A stretch of DNA of 63,890 nucleotides, counting the filler, from Folioceros fuciformis (lineage: Eukaryota): assembly GCA_049999805.1 (NCBI GenBank). It is 6 parts of 6 records of this genome, joined end to end, with 100 filler letters (N's around TTAATTAATTAA, not from the genome) between each part and the next. Parts side by side here need not be neighbours in the genome. Positions count along the whole stretch, not along the records: positions 31,659 to 54,107 come from JBNGIO010005990.1; positions 54,208 to 60,395 come from JBNGIO010005993.1; positions 60,496 to 62,638 come from JBNGIO010006009.1; 3 more parts are not named here. One strand, 5' to 3'. The notes beneath the pieces are model-generated. The model was not told the origin of the DNA. It did no database searches and was given only the letters and a program-made list of their open reading frames with translations. The position numbers and the translations under genes are program-made. This document shows, piece after piece, positions 47,902 to 60,800 of this stretch (positions are counted from its first letter, which is position 1; every line of letters begins with the position of its first letter).

Positions 47902-50900
47902 CGAAACGTGTCAAACACGGCGGACTGTGCGGCAGGACTCGGATCCACTCCTACACCACACCAGGTGCCGCGTTAGAGCGCACTTGCAGCTCGCAAGCCA
48001 AATGACCTAACGTCCAAGCAATTCCACCTAGCCACTCTCACTCCAGCTTAGCCAGCTTAGCAATGCTAGATAGATACCACAGGCCTCGGGCGCTCCACAG
48101 CCAGCATCAGGACAGAGTAGCCGGCCGCGATTCAGAGCAACAAAATTCGAAACAAGCAGAAGGAGAAAGCAAAGCGAGCATGAGGATGCCACAATTCACA
48201 CACAGGGCAGAGTCAGTAAGCTGCGGACCAAGATCTGATGCCGATCTCGCGCTCTCCGTTGCCGAGCAGATAGCGGCCCCCTACTCTTCGCTTTCCTTTC
48301 TCAGGTGTAGAATGTCGCGCCTAAGAAAACAAACCGGCTCCGTCGCTGCTCTGTCCGTACAACGGGACGGCGTGGGCTGCTAAACCGAGCTTCCAGGATG
48401 TTTGGCTTGTTACTTCGTCCTGTTTACCGGACCCGCGTAACTTGATGACCTAGCTTGGTTGCACAAGTCGTTTGAATCAAACAGTTGTTTACCGATCGTC
48501 TTAGTTTCGGGCGTCTCCAGAAGAATCGTTTCGTCTTTTCCCTCGTCCAGGAAGTCAAGTCACCCGCCCCAGAACGTGCCTTCGACTGCCGCCAAGAGGA
48601 AGCCGCCAACATCAACTTCTTTGAAGTTGAAGGAGAACGAGGCAAATGCGAGTTAGCACTCATTAACCCGCCAAGTCTACGAGCGATGGCTGATTAAGCT
48701 TCTGGTGCAGGTGCTAGGGATGGGTGCAGAGGGAAAGAGGTAGAGGATGTTGAAAATGAGGCGGAAGCTACGCAGAAGGGCCCTACCTGGAATGAGCGAA
48801 GGAGGCACACAAACTGGTGAGCTGCCTACAAGAAGTCTTGATGTTGAATAAGGATAGGTTTGAGAAGAGTGAGTGGTGAGCTCGCTTCTCACAACAAGCG
48901 TACACTTGACTGGAGTTCGTGCCTGCGTAGGTGATGCCATCGGTTTCTATGGGTTTATGGTAAATCTGGGAGATGATGCAGGTGCTGATGTGCAGATGAC
49001 AGGAAACACGACCGATGGTGAGAAGAGGGACAGTTTTGTTTTCAAGCCAGAAGTTCCTGCTCCCGAAAAGTCAAGCAGGGGCTTCTTTCTCGAAGCTAAG
49101 AAGTCCTTCTAGTAGACCACCCTGAACAGCATGCACGAGTGGATTCAACGAATTTGCCTGCGATGTTTGTCGACAAGAACGAAGCAGGGATAAGAGCAAC
49201 ACAGAGCTCGACTCAGCCAACCAGGAAACGGACCAAAAAGCTTCTCAGCAAGTCAGGTGAAAGCTTGGATGATGCAGGATTCTCGAAGAGGGTGGAATGA
49301 AACACTATACTGTATGAGGGTTGCCTTAGGTTTAGTCGTGTGCCACGTATACAGAAACTGGTTGCCCCGTTCCGGAGCTGACTGAGACGTGAACCAACAC
49401 CCTGGCCTCATAGCTTCAGCTCATGTTCAGGTGCGTCCACGCATGCCACGCCAGTTCGGCAATTATCCCATACCACATCTGACACACCTTTTTTTACTCC
49501 TTTTTCTGAGGGTATCTTTCGGGTACATTGTCCTTTTAGGTGGGTTATTCCCCATGCACATCCCGGATGACCTTGTGTTGCATTCGTTCGCATGTGGTGA
49601 TCTGGCACCTTGAAAAATGCTCAACATTGTCTTGGTCCATTTCCAGAGTTATTGGTGCGTGTGAGTCTAGGGTTTTTCTAGGTTTTATTGCACTACCCAA
49701 ACCTAAACTCTTCAAAATGGCCGTTTTCTGTGCGGATTTGGGGCATAGAAAAAATCGCCTAGTACAAAAGAAGTTGAAGAGAAACTCTATTCTTCCCACA
49801 CAACATCCATCCCTACCTGGAGAGTTCTTGAGAAGAAGTATGCTGAATTTTCTTGAGAAGAAGTATGCTGAATTTGATTATGGCAAAGCTAATGTCGAGA
49901 ACTACAAAAGTTCTTACTCTTAGCCTATGTGGAGATTGTTTAGGTGGCAAAAAGTTCAGCTACTTTAATATTCACAAGTGTCCATCACAAGCAGCAAGTC
50001 CTTTCTCTTCTAATTGCACTATGCTTCCCTAAGGCCGACACAACCATAAGCATGCAATCCACAAACAATATTAAAACTAGAATTGGAACTACATTTGCTG
50101 GCTTTGATCATGGTGAGCTATTCACAGCATTACATTGCACTTTGTTGCTATCTACACCATGTGCATCAAGCCTTGAATATACACTCCTAGCTTGTTGTGT
50201 GTAGCATGTTAAACCCTAAACCCAACGTTCGCCCACCAGCTATTTAATGGCATGAACCGAGAGGAGGATGGTGAGGAGGTAGTCATGTAAAGGCACTTAT
50301 GTTTACTTAGTCTTCAGCACTTAACTTTGGATTAGCACTTGAATGAGTTTACAATGACGCATAACTAGAATAGTTCTCTATCTACCTTTGTGCTTGGCCA
50401 TCCTCAAACGTAATACACCTCTATGTCGTGATAGTCGAAGTGGTACACAATCCATAGTTTCATCAACACTTTTGTATATTGATAGTCAAAGGTGATACAC
50501 AATCCACAAGTTTCTTGTAGTAGGAAACATATAGACATCCAACATCAGGAGAGATGATTTCACCAAGATTTCTTGGAGCAACCAAGTTTCAATATTTTGT
50601 GCAATCTTTGCTTATTCTCTTTTCTCTTCTAGAGACAAGGAAAGTGATCCAAATGTTTTACCAATATCATATCGTTAATAAAGATTTCTAAACATGGTGT
50701 ATTTTTTTAATAATATTGTTATATATAATTATTATTAATCTTAAAGTTTTTTAATATTTTGAATACCACTTAGTAGCTCTGTTATATTTAGTTTAAGGGG
50801 AGGGAACGGCTCAGAGTAATGATTGGCGCATTGGAAGTATCGATCCAAGCGACGGTCTTATTTTATAAATACGTAGATAGGTAAGTGAGTAGGTCAAAGG

Positions 50901-51001
50901 TGGATTAATCCACTTCAATAGTTGAGATGGTTGAGAGCTATGTGAAAGCTTCTGGTGAAGTTGTAAGTCCCAAAGGCGTTCCCAAGGCGGGTGGTAGACC
51001 A

Positions 51002-53533
51002 ATGGCACGACCAGAGGCAAACGCAGCGCCTCTGGCCCCCGTGTGCAAGCGCTGCGGTAATGGAGGGGACGTGGGTATCACCAGCTGCCGGCACATGAAG
51101 CTGTGTATGGCCTGTGGGTATCATTTGGCCCAAGCCAAGGCGGCTTGCTCGGAATGCAGGACTCCGATTACAAGTCTCAATCAGGTGAGCAACTCGGCCG
51201 GCTTTGATTTTGCGTGCCTGCTGTCTCTGATGTGGAAGGCTTCATTCGCGGATTGGACCGCTTGCAGGAGTATGAGGTGAAGTCCCTGGTAGCAAGCAAC
51301 AAGCAGTTCTTGGTGGGGAGGTTTCTGCAAGGTCTGCCCAACTTGAGCAAAAAAAATCATGCTGACCCGAAGTGGAACATGGAAAGGGACGGGCTGAACG
51401 GGCGCCAGCCTACTGAGACGTTGCGGGTACTAATTCTCTCCCTCCACGCTATTCTGGGTGGTGATGGCTGATGCCAAGATGCTGCAGAATGGTTGGGTTT
51501 TGGTTTTGCTGGTGTTGAATTGGATGTGTAAGCTGGTGGGGAGAGCTTGGCTGTGATGTGTGTTTGGTACGGTACGGAGAGGGGGACCTTATTTGGCAGA
51601 TCTTTGGGTGCAGGAGAAGTTCAAGGGGAGGCCGTTTATGCTGGCGGATGATGTTGGTCAGCAGTCCTTTCAAGGCCAGTTGGAAGGAGGACAACAGGCT
51701 ACATACTACCTGCTTCTGCATCATGGGAGAAATGTGGCGGCAACGCCAGTGCACTCCTGGCGAGTTGCTCGAGACTATCCCTTGCCCTGCCCTTCTTGCG
51801 TGTCTTTGTTTTCGTGAGGTGTGTGCTGTGGGATATGTTGTCAAGTGCACTGGTTGTTTGGTTTTGAAGGTACAACTTCCAGAAGGTGGCTCATTACAAA
51901 CAGCTTACTCTTGAAGAAGCTGAAGAGCAAATGCGGAATCGAAGGAAAACAGCAGACGGATATCAGCGCTGGCTAATGAAGGCTTCCAGTACAGGTGCTG
52001 CAGCCTTCAATGACATGGAGAATATTGGAGGATCTGCAGGGGGTAGGTCCAGGAGAAAAGGGGGAGATGATGAGGACAATCCCGGGTCAGACAGAGGCGA
52101 GGAGGATGAAGACGAGGAGGAGGCGAGGAAGAATAGACTCGGAAAAAATAGGGGAGCACAGACAGGTGAAGAGGATGGTGAAGAGCCTGCACGAGATCTG
52201 GACCTCGATGAGGAAGAGCCTGAGAAGGGTAAATGCTGAATTTCACCGAATTGCAAGTCTGCATAGGGTGCTGTTATCATTTGTATGTGTGCTGCTGCCT
52301 CTTTCGATACCGAGGTGACAGTGGTGCCTTGGGCTTGTGCTTAGGAGATGACTGGGAACATGAGGAGACATTCACGGATGATGACGAGGCAGTGGGAAAT
52401 GATCCTGAGGAAAGGGAAGATGTCAATCCTGAAGTGGGTGCGCCCCCAGAAATCAAACAGGTGCATCGTTGAACTCCCTAAATGATTGAACAAACTGGAA
52501 TTGTGTTTTGTATCTGTTTTTAACTGGATGTATTGGGCTGGCTTGTCATCTCATATCTGTAGGAAGAGGAGGACGAGGCAGAAGGTGAAGAGGGTGATCA
52601 GCAAGAAGGGGGTGGGCTCAGTCAATCTGGCAAGGAACTGAAGAAGCTTCTTGGCAAGTCGGGAGATTTAGATGATATGGATGGAGCAGAAGAAGAAGAT
52701 GAAGATGATGATGTCGGTTCTTTCCACCATCCTGGGCAGTTCTTGCACTTGGTTATTTGGAACGTTTACTACCACTTCTCAGTTGTCGGAGTGCACTGAG
52801 GAGTATTCCTTGTTGCATGTTTTAACAGGGTCTGGAGACAGAGGAAATCGGAATGTCACCTGTGCTGTTGCCATCCAAAAAAGTCAGCGTTAAAGAAGAG
52901 ACGAAGGAAGCGACCGCCTCAAAAGCAGCTACCCCATCTCCAGCTCCTGCCCGTGTCACACCTGCACCCAACGCGAAGGGAAAACGGAAGTCCACTGCAG
53001 ATGATGGGAAACCTACCCCACCAGCAGGAAAGAGAGCCAAAGCAGAACAAACTGCGGTAATACTGATATTTTGTCAATCCTTACCAGCTCAACTGGAACA
53101 GACTGGGTTTTTTAGTTTCAGGTCATTCTGTACTCCGAGTCAACTCAACTCATTGTGGATGCAGGCTGGAAAGGCGCCTGCTCCAACCATGAAGAAGGAG
53201 TCGCCCGCCAAACCAGTAGCTGGCCCTGGCGCTGGTGCCAAAGCTGGAGCACCCCTGTCCAAGGCTGCTATCATGGAGGAGGACATACGGACCATTCTTG
53301 CAGCTGGTCCTATTAAGAGTCACGAATTGGTGGCCAAGTTCAGGCAGAGACTGACCACAAAAGAGGTAAATTCCCGACCCAGAAGTCATTAGTCCTATCG
53401 CAGCATTAGGATCATCTTGACACCCCGGGTGCCTTGTTGATGGAATCAGGATAAAACAACTTTTGCGGACATTCTGAAGAAGATTTCTCGGATTCAGAAA
53501 CAAGATGGCGGCAGCTTTATCGTGTTGAGATAA
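51002..53533 (+). CDS. RAP74: Transcription initiation factor IIF subunit alpha, about 9 exons
   Basis: Plant-type N-terminal Cys cluster (CKRC..SCRHMKLCMAC..CSEC), FQGQLEGGQ.ATYYLL, WYNF.KVA.YKQLTLEEAEE.M.NRRKTADGYQRW, GDDWEHEE.FTDDDEAVG, and a C-terminal winged helix ending FADILKKISRIQK. Confidence 0.93.
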
Positions 53534-54207
53534 GGTAGCCTCCTCCCTTGAGATGGGCTCTGACTATTTCCTTTGTTGATGCATATGTGTCCAGCGGAAC
53601 TCAGAACCCACAATCAGTCTGAACAACCAAGCCCCAAAGGTGGTATTTACATCTAAGTTGCATGATAACCCAGCTGTAATAACGGGAACCATGACATCAC
53701 TGTGGATCATGCGGACGGACCCGGGGCTAATGTGTTCAAGAAGAGGGTTTCTCTGACCAAATGCATACACGACGATTGTGGGTTGTGCTGGACATACATT
53801 TCCTCCCTCGCTGCTTTTGGGTTAATTTGCTTGAGATGAGGGGAATATTCAGGATTTGAGAGGAAACTAAATCCGTACGTGTACATGACGTATTTGAGGA
53901 ACAGGTAGACAGGTCTCTCGTGTGTTCCGACCTTACGAGGTAACTGTGGATATTTTGATCACGAGGGTGTCGTGTGAAATCTTAGTGCCCATAATCCTAG
54001 AAGTTAGTGGTGAGGTTCAGTTCTCTTTCTAGTACTAAGCAGACCTCAGCAAATAAGTTTTAGTGGGAGGCACAAGACGTTTCATACTTCGGTGAGGTGT
54101 ATAATATNNNNNNNNNNNNNNNNNNNNNNNNNNNNNNNNNNNNNNNNNNNNTTAATTAATTAANNNNNNNNNNNNNNNNNNNNNNNNNNNNNNNNNNNNN
54201 NNNNNNN

Positions 54208-54830
54208 ATTGTCCTCCACTTCAGCTGGCAGCTTGGGCATGCTGTCTCTTCTCCGTGGTTTTCCAGCTCCTATGTACACCCTGTCGCTTCGCATCTTCAT
54301 GATGGCACACTGAAGTATGTGAGAGCACAGAAAAATCAGTAGCTCAACTCCAACAATCAGAGATGCGAGATGACTGGCCATAGCCCCCACGTTGTGGGTT
54401 TATCCCTCCCGGGGCAGTAACGGTACAGCGGCAGTTGGGCACCACTCGAACACAGTGTGAGGAACGTGATCGTGCAACTATAAGTCTAGATTGCACAGTC
54501 ATTCGGGAGCGGTTCCTCGTGGAATCGCGTACAGATTCTTTCCAAAGGGTTACTCGCGTCATGCCGGGATTTTTTTTTAGGTATATTGCTATCTAGCTAA
54601 GCTCCTTAGCTTAAGAGGGAGTGTTAGCGGGTTAAGCTGTTATTCGCTTAGCCTAGTTATTATTTTCGTACCTTTTCATTTAGGGTTTATTTCATATTTA
54701 ATGAACACACGTGAGACCTTTTTGTATTCCATTCATTTTATTCATTCTTTTGAATATACAAGTGATATATATGTCTAAGCCTTCAGGCTCTAGTCAATCC
54801 AGTCCAGTGCTTATACATCTATAATTTACA
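54208..54830 (+). mobile_element. 3' end of an LTR retrotransposon: PPT plus LTR (54622-54830), apparently inserted into another copia RNase H
   Basis: CTTAAGAGGGAG|TGTTAG...TTTACA, followed immediately by mid-RNase H coding sequence. Confidence 0.7.
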
Positions 54831-55388
54831 ACGTTGGCCAGAGGCAGGGCCAGCCGACGACACTCTACTGCGAGAACATGTCGGCTCTGGCCCTGATCTC
54901 CAACCCCAAGTTCCACGCCAGGACGAAACACATAGAGATCCAACATCACTACATCTGGGATGTAGTCGAGCGCAAGGTGGTAGACGCCAGCTACGTACCA
55001 ACAGAGGACAACTTGGCAGACATCCTGACGAAGGGCCTGCCCAAGATCCGGCACTACCAGCACATGGAGAGCATGGGCCTGACTGACTTCACCCCGTACC
55101 TCTCCAAGAGCTGAAGACCAGAAGATGTTCTCTCGATAGAGGGAGCCCCTAGCCTAGGTCATGTCCCCCTTAAGAGGGAGTGTTAAGTTTAGTAAGGTTT
55201 ACATAACCCTAGCTACCAGTCATGTGAGTCAGGCTAACCTAACTCGTCAAGTGAACATTCGCACCCCTACGAAGGCGTGCCATGGGCCCCCCCATAAAAG
55301 GGCCCCTACCTATGTACTCTCTCAATCTTTTCTAATTTACGCTTCCGCCCTTCTCTACACTTTAGGAAAGTTCACATGGTATCAGAGC
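54831..55388 (+). mobile_element. Ty1/copia RNase H end, PPT, LTR (55181-55376), then a tRNA-iMet PBS
   Basis: TTLYCENMSALAL..NPKFHARTKHIEI...DNLADILTKGL; AAGAGGGAG|TGTT...TCACA|TGGTATCAGAGC. Confidence 0.88.
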
Positions 55389-56886
55389 CCAGGCTCTACT
55401 AAGGTATGTAGCCGGGCGCCACGGCTGTTCCATGGGGCCCTGCTCCTTCTTCTTTTTTTTTCGACTCCCTAGCAAAATAAAAATCAAGCAACAAGGTACA
55501 TGGATTGGTCCCCCCACCCGAGCCCCGAACCACACCAAGGGCGCTTAATAGCGGAGTTCCGACGAGCGCTCGGCTATTGGCAATAGCCTGCACCCTACCT
55601 CAATCCACAACGGCCCCGCGTCTGAGATATGTAATGGCGCCCGGCCAACGGATTCAAAGAAAAAAAAAAGGGGAGAATGAAGGGGAGCAGCGCCCACATC
55701 CCTCCCCTGCTACTCAATGCCCCATTTTTATTCCTTTGGCCATCCCTCAACCCCCTGCGCAAGGCGCTCTCGATCCCCCCATGGCGAGGAGAGCTTCACC
55801 GCGCAATATCTCCAAGGGCCGAGGCCAGCCAAGAAGGGGGCGCCATCGCCATCAATCTTTGACCCCCCGTCAACCTCGAAGAACGCGCGCCGGAGAAGGA
55901 TCTCGCAACAATTCTTCACAAGAGCCGTCCCTTATCCAGCACCTCTGGCAGGCCATACACCATCTGGAGAAGTTTGCCGGTGCGCCTGCCCCTCGCCATC
56001 GGGTTAATCACCCCCATGACCCGATTTGCATCACCTCTTCAGGATCAGGCCACAACTACGTCTCGGGGCGACCCCCGGCACCCCCCGCCAAGAAGTTTTT
56101 CGCAGACGGGTAGGAGGCCCCTGCCTCCGACCACGCACCATCCAGCTGGAAGCGTTCCTCCTCCAGTCTCTTGTGGACCCTTGAGGCTTAGCGGGCTGCT
56201 GCCATCCGCACTGCTTTGATGAGGGAGACGGATTCGCGTCCGAAGCAGGGCCAAAGCCCGGGGCATCCCGAGCACCAAACTTCCGCCCAACTCCAGGCCA
56301 GATGTGACTTTCAGAATGGAGAACCGATCCGGCGTTCAAACTGTAATCTTCAGATCTCTCCCTCCCCATCTTGGCTCGGTTTGGGTGCAGGCCGCTACTC
56401 AGGACCGGGCACCCAGATTCCCATGGGCGCCACACCAAGATTTGGCTCCATGCCAGTGGAAGGCTCGGTTGCGGACTCGGAGAACCCAGCAGGCGCAGGC
56501 CTGGAGAAATCAACAGGCACGGGCGCCCAAATCCCGCTGGGCGTGCGCGCACCCACCCCTGCAGGATCGGTGATCGTGGGAGGCGCGTGGACAGGTGGGC
56601 TCCCAGCAGGCGCAGGCCAGGCAGTTAGCGCAGGCAACGTACCTGCTGGAGGAGCGCAGTCGGGCGTGCTCTCAGCGGACACAGGCAGTCCGTTCCCGGG
56701 CGCGGGCGGGCTCGGTACAGTCGCGTGCGGGCTTCACGCGGGCACCGACGAGATACATGTCGCCGCGGGGGCAGGCGCCGGGCTTGCAGAGGGTGTGCGA
56801 GCTGGGCTCGCGAGAGGCACGGATAACGACCCGGAGCACTCAACGGGCGCGCGGATCCGCAACCGGGGGCACCCGTCCCCGGTTGC

Positions 56887-57870
56887 GGAGGGAGTCTGAA
56901 TCTTCCCGGATATATCAGCATGAACTAAGGCTAGCACGGCCTCAGCCCTATGCGCCCCCTTCGGGAAGGGAGACTCCTTCTGCTTGGCGAGGAGACAAGA
57001 TTCACAGACTGGCAGGGGCTGGAAGCATCTGGGGAGTGGCTCCTGGTAAAGACCCTGTGAGGACATGGATATGAGCTTGTGCTTGTTTATATGTCCCAGC
57101 CTGGCGTGCCACAGGGCAGCCAGGTCCTCGGGTGTCTGACCATTGACGTAGGCAAGGGGACCATATTTGCTATTAGGAATGAGTCTATACAAGCCATCAT
57201 GGGGGATGGCGCCCATTAGGCATAAGTCTGGACTGTCTGATCTATAGAAGCAACAGGAGTCACGGGAGAAGTTGACTTCTAGTGAGCTATGCTTCAACAG
57301 CTGACTGAGGGAGACGAGGTTCTTGCCCATCTGTGGTACGTAAAGAACGGGTTCTAAGGATAGGGTAGAGCTGTGAGATAGGGGCAACTCGCAAGTCCCT
57401 TGGCCAAAGATGGGTAACCTGGACTTATTCTGTTCGTCGCCGAGGAGGACCCTCTCTCTAGTTGGTCGGTGGTCCAGCCGGGAGAAGAGGGTTGCGTCGT
57501 TGCAGATGTGGGCGGTGGCACCGCTGTCCAGGTACCACCCTTGGTCCGGCCGGGGCTGGGTGCTGAGGCAGACGGTGAGGATCTTCACGATCTTGCTGTC
57601 TTCAGTCTTGCCCTTGACGGCCACATTCGCCGTCTGTCGGAGGCCGGGCTTATGAGGTTCCCCAGCTTTCTTCTTTCGGCATTCCCGTGCCCAATGGCCG
57701 GGAGTACCGCACCAGTTACAATTACCCGTCCGGTGGGTTGGGGTAGAGGTCGAAGCGCCCTTGGAGGTGTTGGCTTGTCTCCCATTCACCTTCCCGGACC
57801 TAGGTCGAGCAGCGAGCGCCTTAACGGCCTTGGGCTTGGACCCGCCAGTTGAAGTAAGGCGGCTCTGCTC
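56887..57870 (-). mobile_element. Ty1/copia gag-pol fragment (zinc knuckle, protease, GAG-pre-integrase, integrase start); same family as 13101-13900
   Basis: CNWCGTPGHWAREC, WYLDSGATAH, LWHARLGH, CESCLLAKQ, LVHADISG. Clear protein similarity to ORFs 13101 and 13458. Confidence 0.92.
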
Positions 57871-60800
57871 TAGCGAGATAGGTTGCCCTTAACTAGCCCG
57901 TATCCCGACGTCATGCATAGTTTAGGTCGTTAAGCGAATAGTTACACATATATATTTATTATATAAGTGCACGAACAGGTGCACAGTCGTAACGTTAACA
58001 GTCAACCACCGTACCGGTTCACATGACATGGCCTCTTATGGCCTTACACCCACATTCACAAGTGGCTATTCTGATTCTCTAAGCTTTCTCTCTACGTCGT
58101 GTGCTACCGATCCTACGCTATGGTATCAGAGCCATGCTATGGAATATGAAAAGCCTCCATCGCGTGTGTGTAAGACCTGCAAGTCCGAGTGCTGCATTAA
58201 AATCTTGCTCACGAGCATTTTAGAGCAGTGATAGCATCACTCAGAGTCTCACTCACCCGATTTGGGAGTCTGGCAGACGCATTCTTGGCAGACGCCGTCA
58301 ATCACTACTACTCATAGTGCAGATGTGCTCTCCGCTAAGAATTCGTAGTAGCCCTGATGGATCCTCGCACTCAACTCGGTAGGCTGCAGTTTCTTGCACG
58401 TCACACGCGTCCTGATCTGTCTTTTGCCCTCCAAAGCACAACTCAACACAGTCAGTACAAAGCGCCGCCTACCCAGAATGCATTTAATCCACAGGAGTCC
58501 AAAGTCGTAGTCACGGCAGAAAAGAGATCAGCATACAAGGCTGTCTACTCTAGACAAAGAAACTAGAGCGACAGACCGAGGTCAAGCTACACTGATATCC
58601 TAGTGTCAAATCACACACTAGGGTACTCGTATAGCCAACCCGGTCCGTCGCACATAGGTTTTTCTGCCCACAATCTTGCACAAGGTATGTCACTCTAAAC
58701 AATGCCTCGCAATGGCCGCTCTAAGCGCACCTTCAATCCACAAAGGCCAGTAGCATCTCCCTTCAACAATATTGCAGACCAGCAGTCGTTCTTTTCAAGC
58801 TTACCACAGCAGAGCACGCCTGGTCACACTCACCACGTGGGGTCGTCTTGCAATCATTGTGGAAGAAGCGGGTACCAGCTGACTGCGCGCACACCCGGAT
58901 TGATCACTGGCCAAGTAGAAGTGTTCTCGAAGGTGCTTCTTGACCGATTTGCAGAGGAGCGCCGTCATGCGCACGCCACATTGTGCGACTTCCGGCGAAT
59001 GCGCAAAGTCCAAGAAGAACAACTTCGCTGCAAGATTGACGACATCAATCATAGGTGCAGACATCTGTCGAAAGACCTGAACACACTCTTCACACAGGTT
59101 GCGCACCTGGAGAGAGCATCAAAGCAACAAGTGTCAAAGGCAGTACCCGCTGAGCCGGAAAGAGCAACTTTCATCAATCTTCAACAGATATTGCCAAATT
59201 TCTCCTCGAAATTGCCAGAAAGATTATCCGCAGGAAGAACCAAGGATGATGTCATCTCTTAAGTTGCCGCACTCTTGACGCACATGTCAATCGAGGCAGA
59301 ATCAAGAAATATGGTATTCGAGTATGTCGGAACCTTGGGATCTGAGTCTAGTAGGAACTCCACCTTGCAGGACTCCTGCCAAATCTGAATCGACGCCTCC
59401 AAGGACGAGACCTGAAACATCGTCTGCAAGGGCAGGATCTGAAGAGTTACCTCAAACGACACTTTCTGGAGAGGCACTTGAAACGACACTAGCTGAAGAG
59501 ACATGGCTAGTACCTGTCCTCCCTGAGGACCCGTTTGGTGCCCCAGAAGTGGAAGGTTACCTCTTTTCATATCCTCCACAGAGTCCCTCTTATACAGTAG
59601 ACACACTGGCCTCAGCAGCGCACACTTCTCAGCAAAACGAACAGGATTCAGTGTCTCCTCCTCCTAGCAGACCAGCGTCGCCTCTTAGGTCTCCCCCTGG
59701 CAGCCCTGCATCTAGTAAGTCTACGTCCTCGTCATGTTCCAAACATAGTTCCTCTTCCTTGTTTCTTGACCAGTTATTTGACCTTAGTCAAACACAATTT
59801 AGCCAGTATACATTCATGGCTAACAATCCTCCTGCAAATGTCACCTACAGTACCTTTAAGTATGACTTTAAAGATAGAGATAGGTTTAATGGCCAGCATT
59901 TCGATATCTGGATGATTAGAGTACGAACCATTCTTCAAGAGCAGGAACTCTGGGGCTATGTCACAGGCGCAACTGCAAGGCCTGCAACACCTGCAACAGG
60001 TGCAACGAATCAAAGCACACAAGACCAGCATGAATGGAAATTAAAGGACCTTCGTGCCCAGAATTTAGTTCATTCAGCACTGGACTTAAGCATGATGTCT
60101 CATGCTCGAGAGGCTTTGAGTTCCAAGGCCATTTGGGACTCCCTCTGCCAAGTCCACCAAAAGAAGAGTGTGACATCACTGGTTCATGCCACACGCGACT
60201 TCTATAACCTGAGAATGCGAGATGGTGATACAGTTGAGAATCATGTCAGACGATTTTGGATGCTTCGCACCAAACTCATTACTGCTGGCACAACTGTAGA
60301 CGAACTCTAAGCTGTTGTGGCTCTCCTCATGTCTCTTCCAGAGAAGTACAACAGCTTTGTGAGCACACAAAATCAACACATCACCACTGCCCAAGNNNNN
60401 NNNNNNNNNNNNNNNNNNNNNNNNNNNNNNNNNNNNNNNTTAATTAATTAANNNNNNNNNNNNNNNNNNNNNNNNNNNNNNNNNNNNNNNNNNNNTGGCT
60501 GCTCAGAATGATTTCCTGTTACAGCACATGGATGTTAAAACCGCATTCCTGAACGGAAAATTAGAAGAAACAATTTATATGAAGCAACCAGAGGGTTATG
60601 TGGATCCTAAACATCCACAGAAAGTCTGTAGACTTATTAAAACTATCTATGGACTGAAGCAGTCCCCAAGAGAGTGGTATAAACGTATTGATGCCTATCT
60701 CAAGCAATGTGGCTTTGCACAAAGCGAAGCGGATTCAAATGTTTATAAACTACATGACAAGGACGGTGTAGTATACCTGGCCCTGTACGTTGATGATGCG

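Noticed and set aside
48400..50250. Short ORFs and a ~24-bp duplication (~49826-49875), possibly a decayed transposase
   Set aside because: Motif similarity too weak to support a call.
51002..51184. RING-like Cys cluster fused to TFIIF alpha
   Set aside because: A normal feature of plant RAP74 proteins.
56216..56899. 227-aa Gly/Ala-rich plus-strand ORF
   Set aside because: GC-rich low-complexity TE sequence that is largely open on both strands; no domain evidence.
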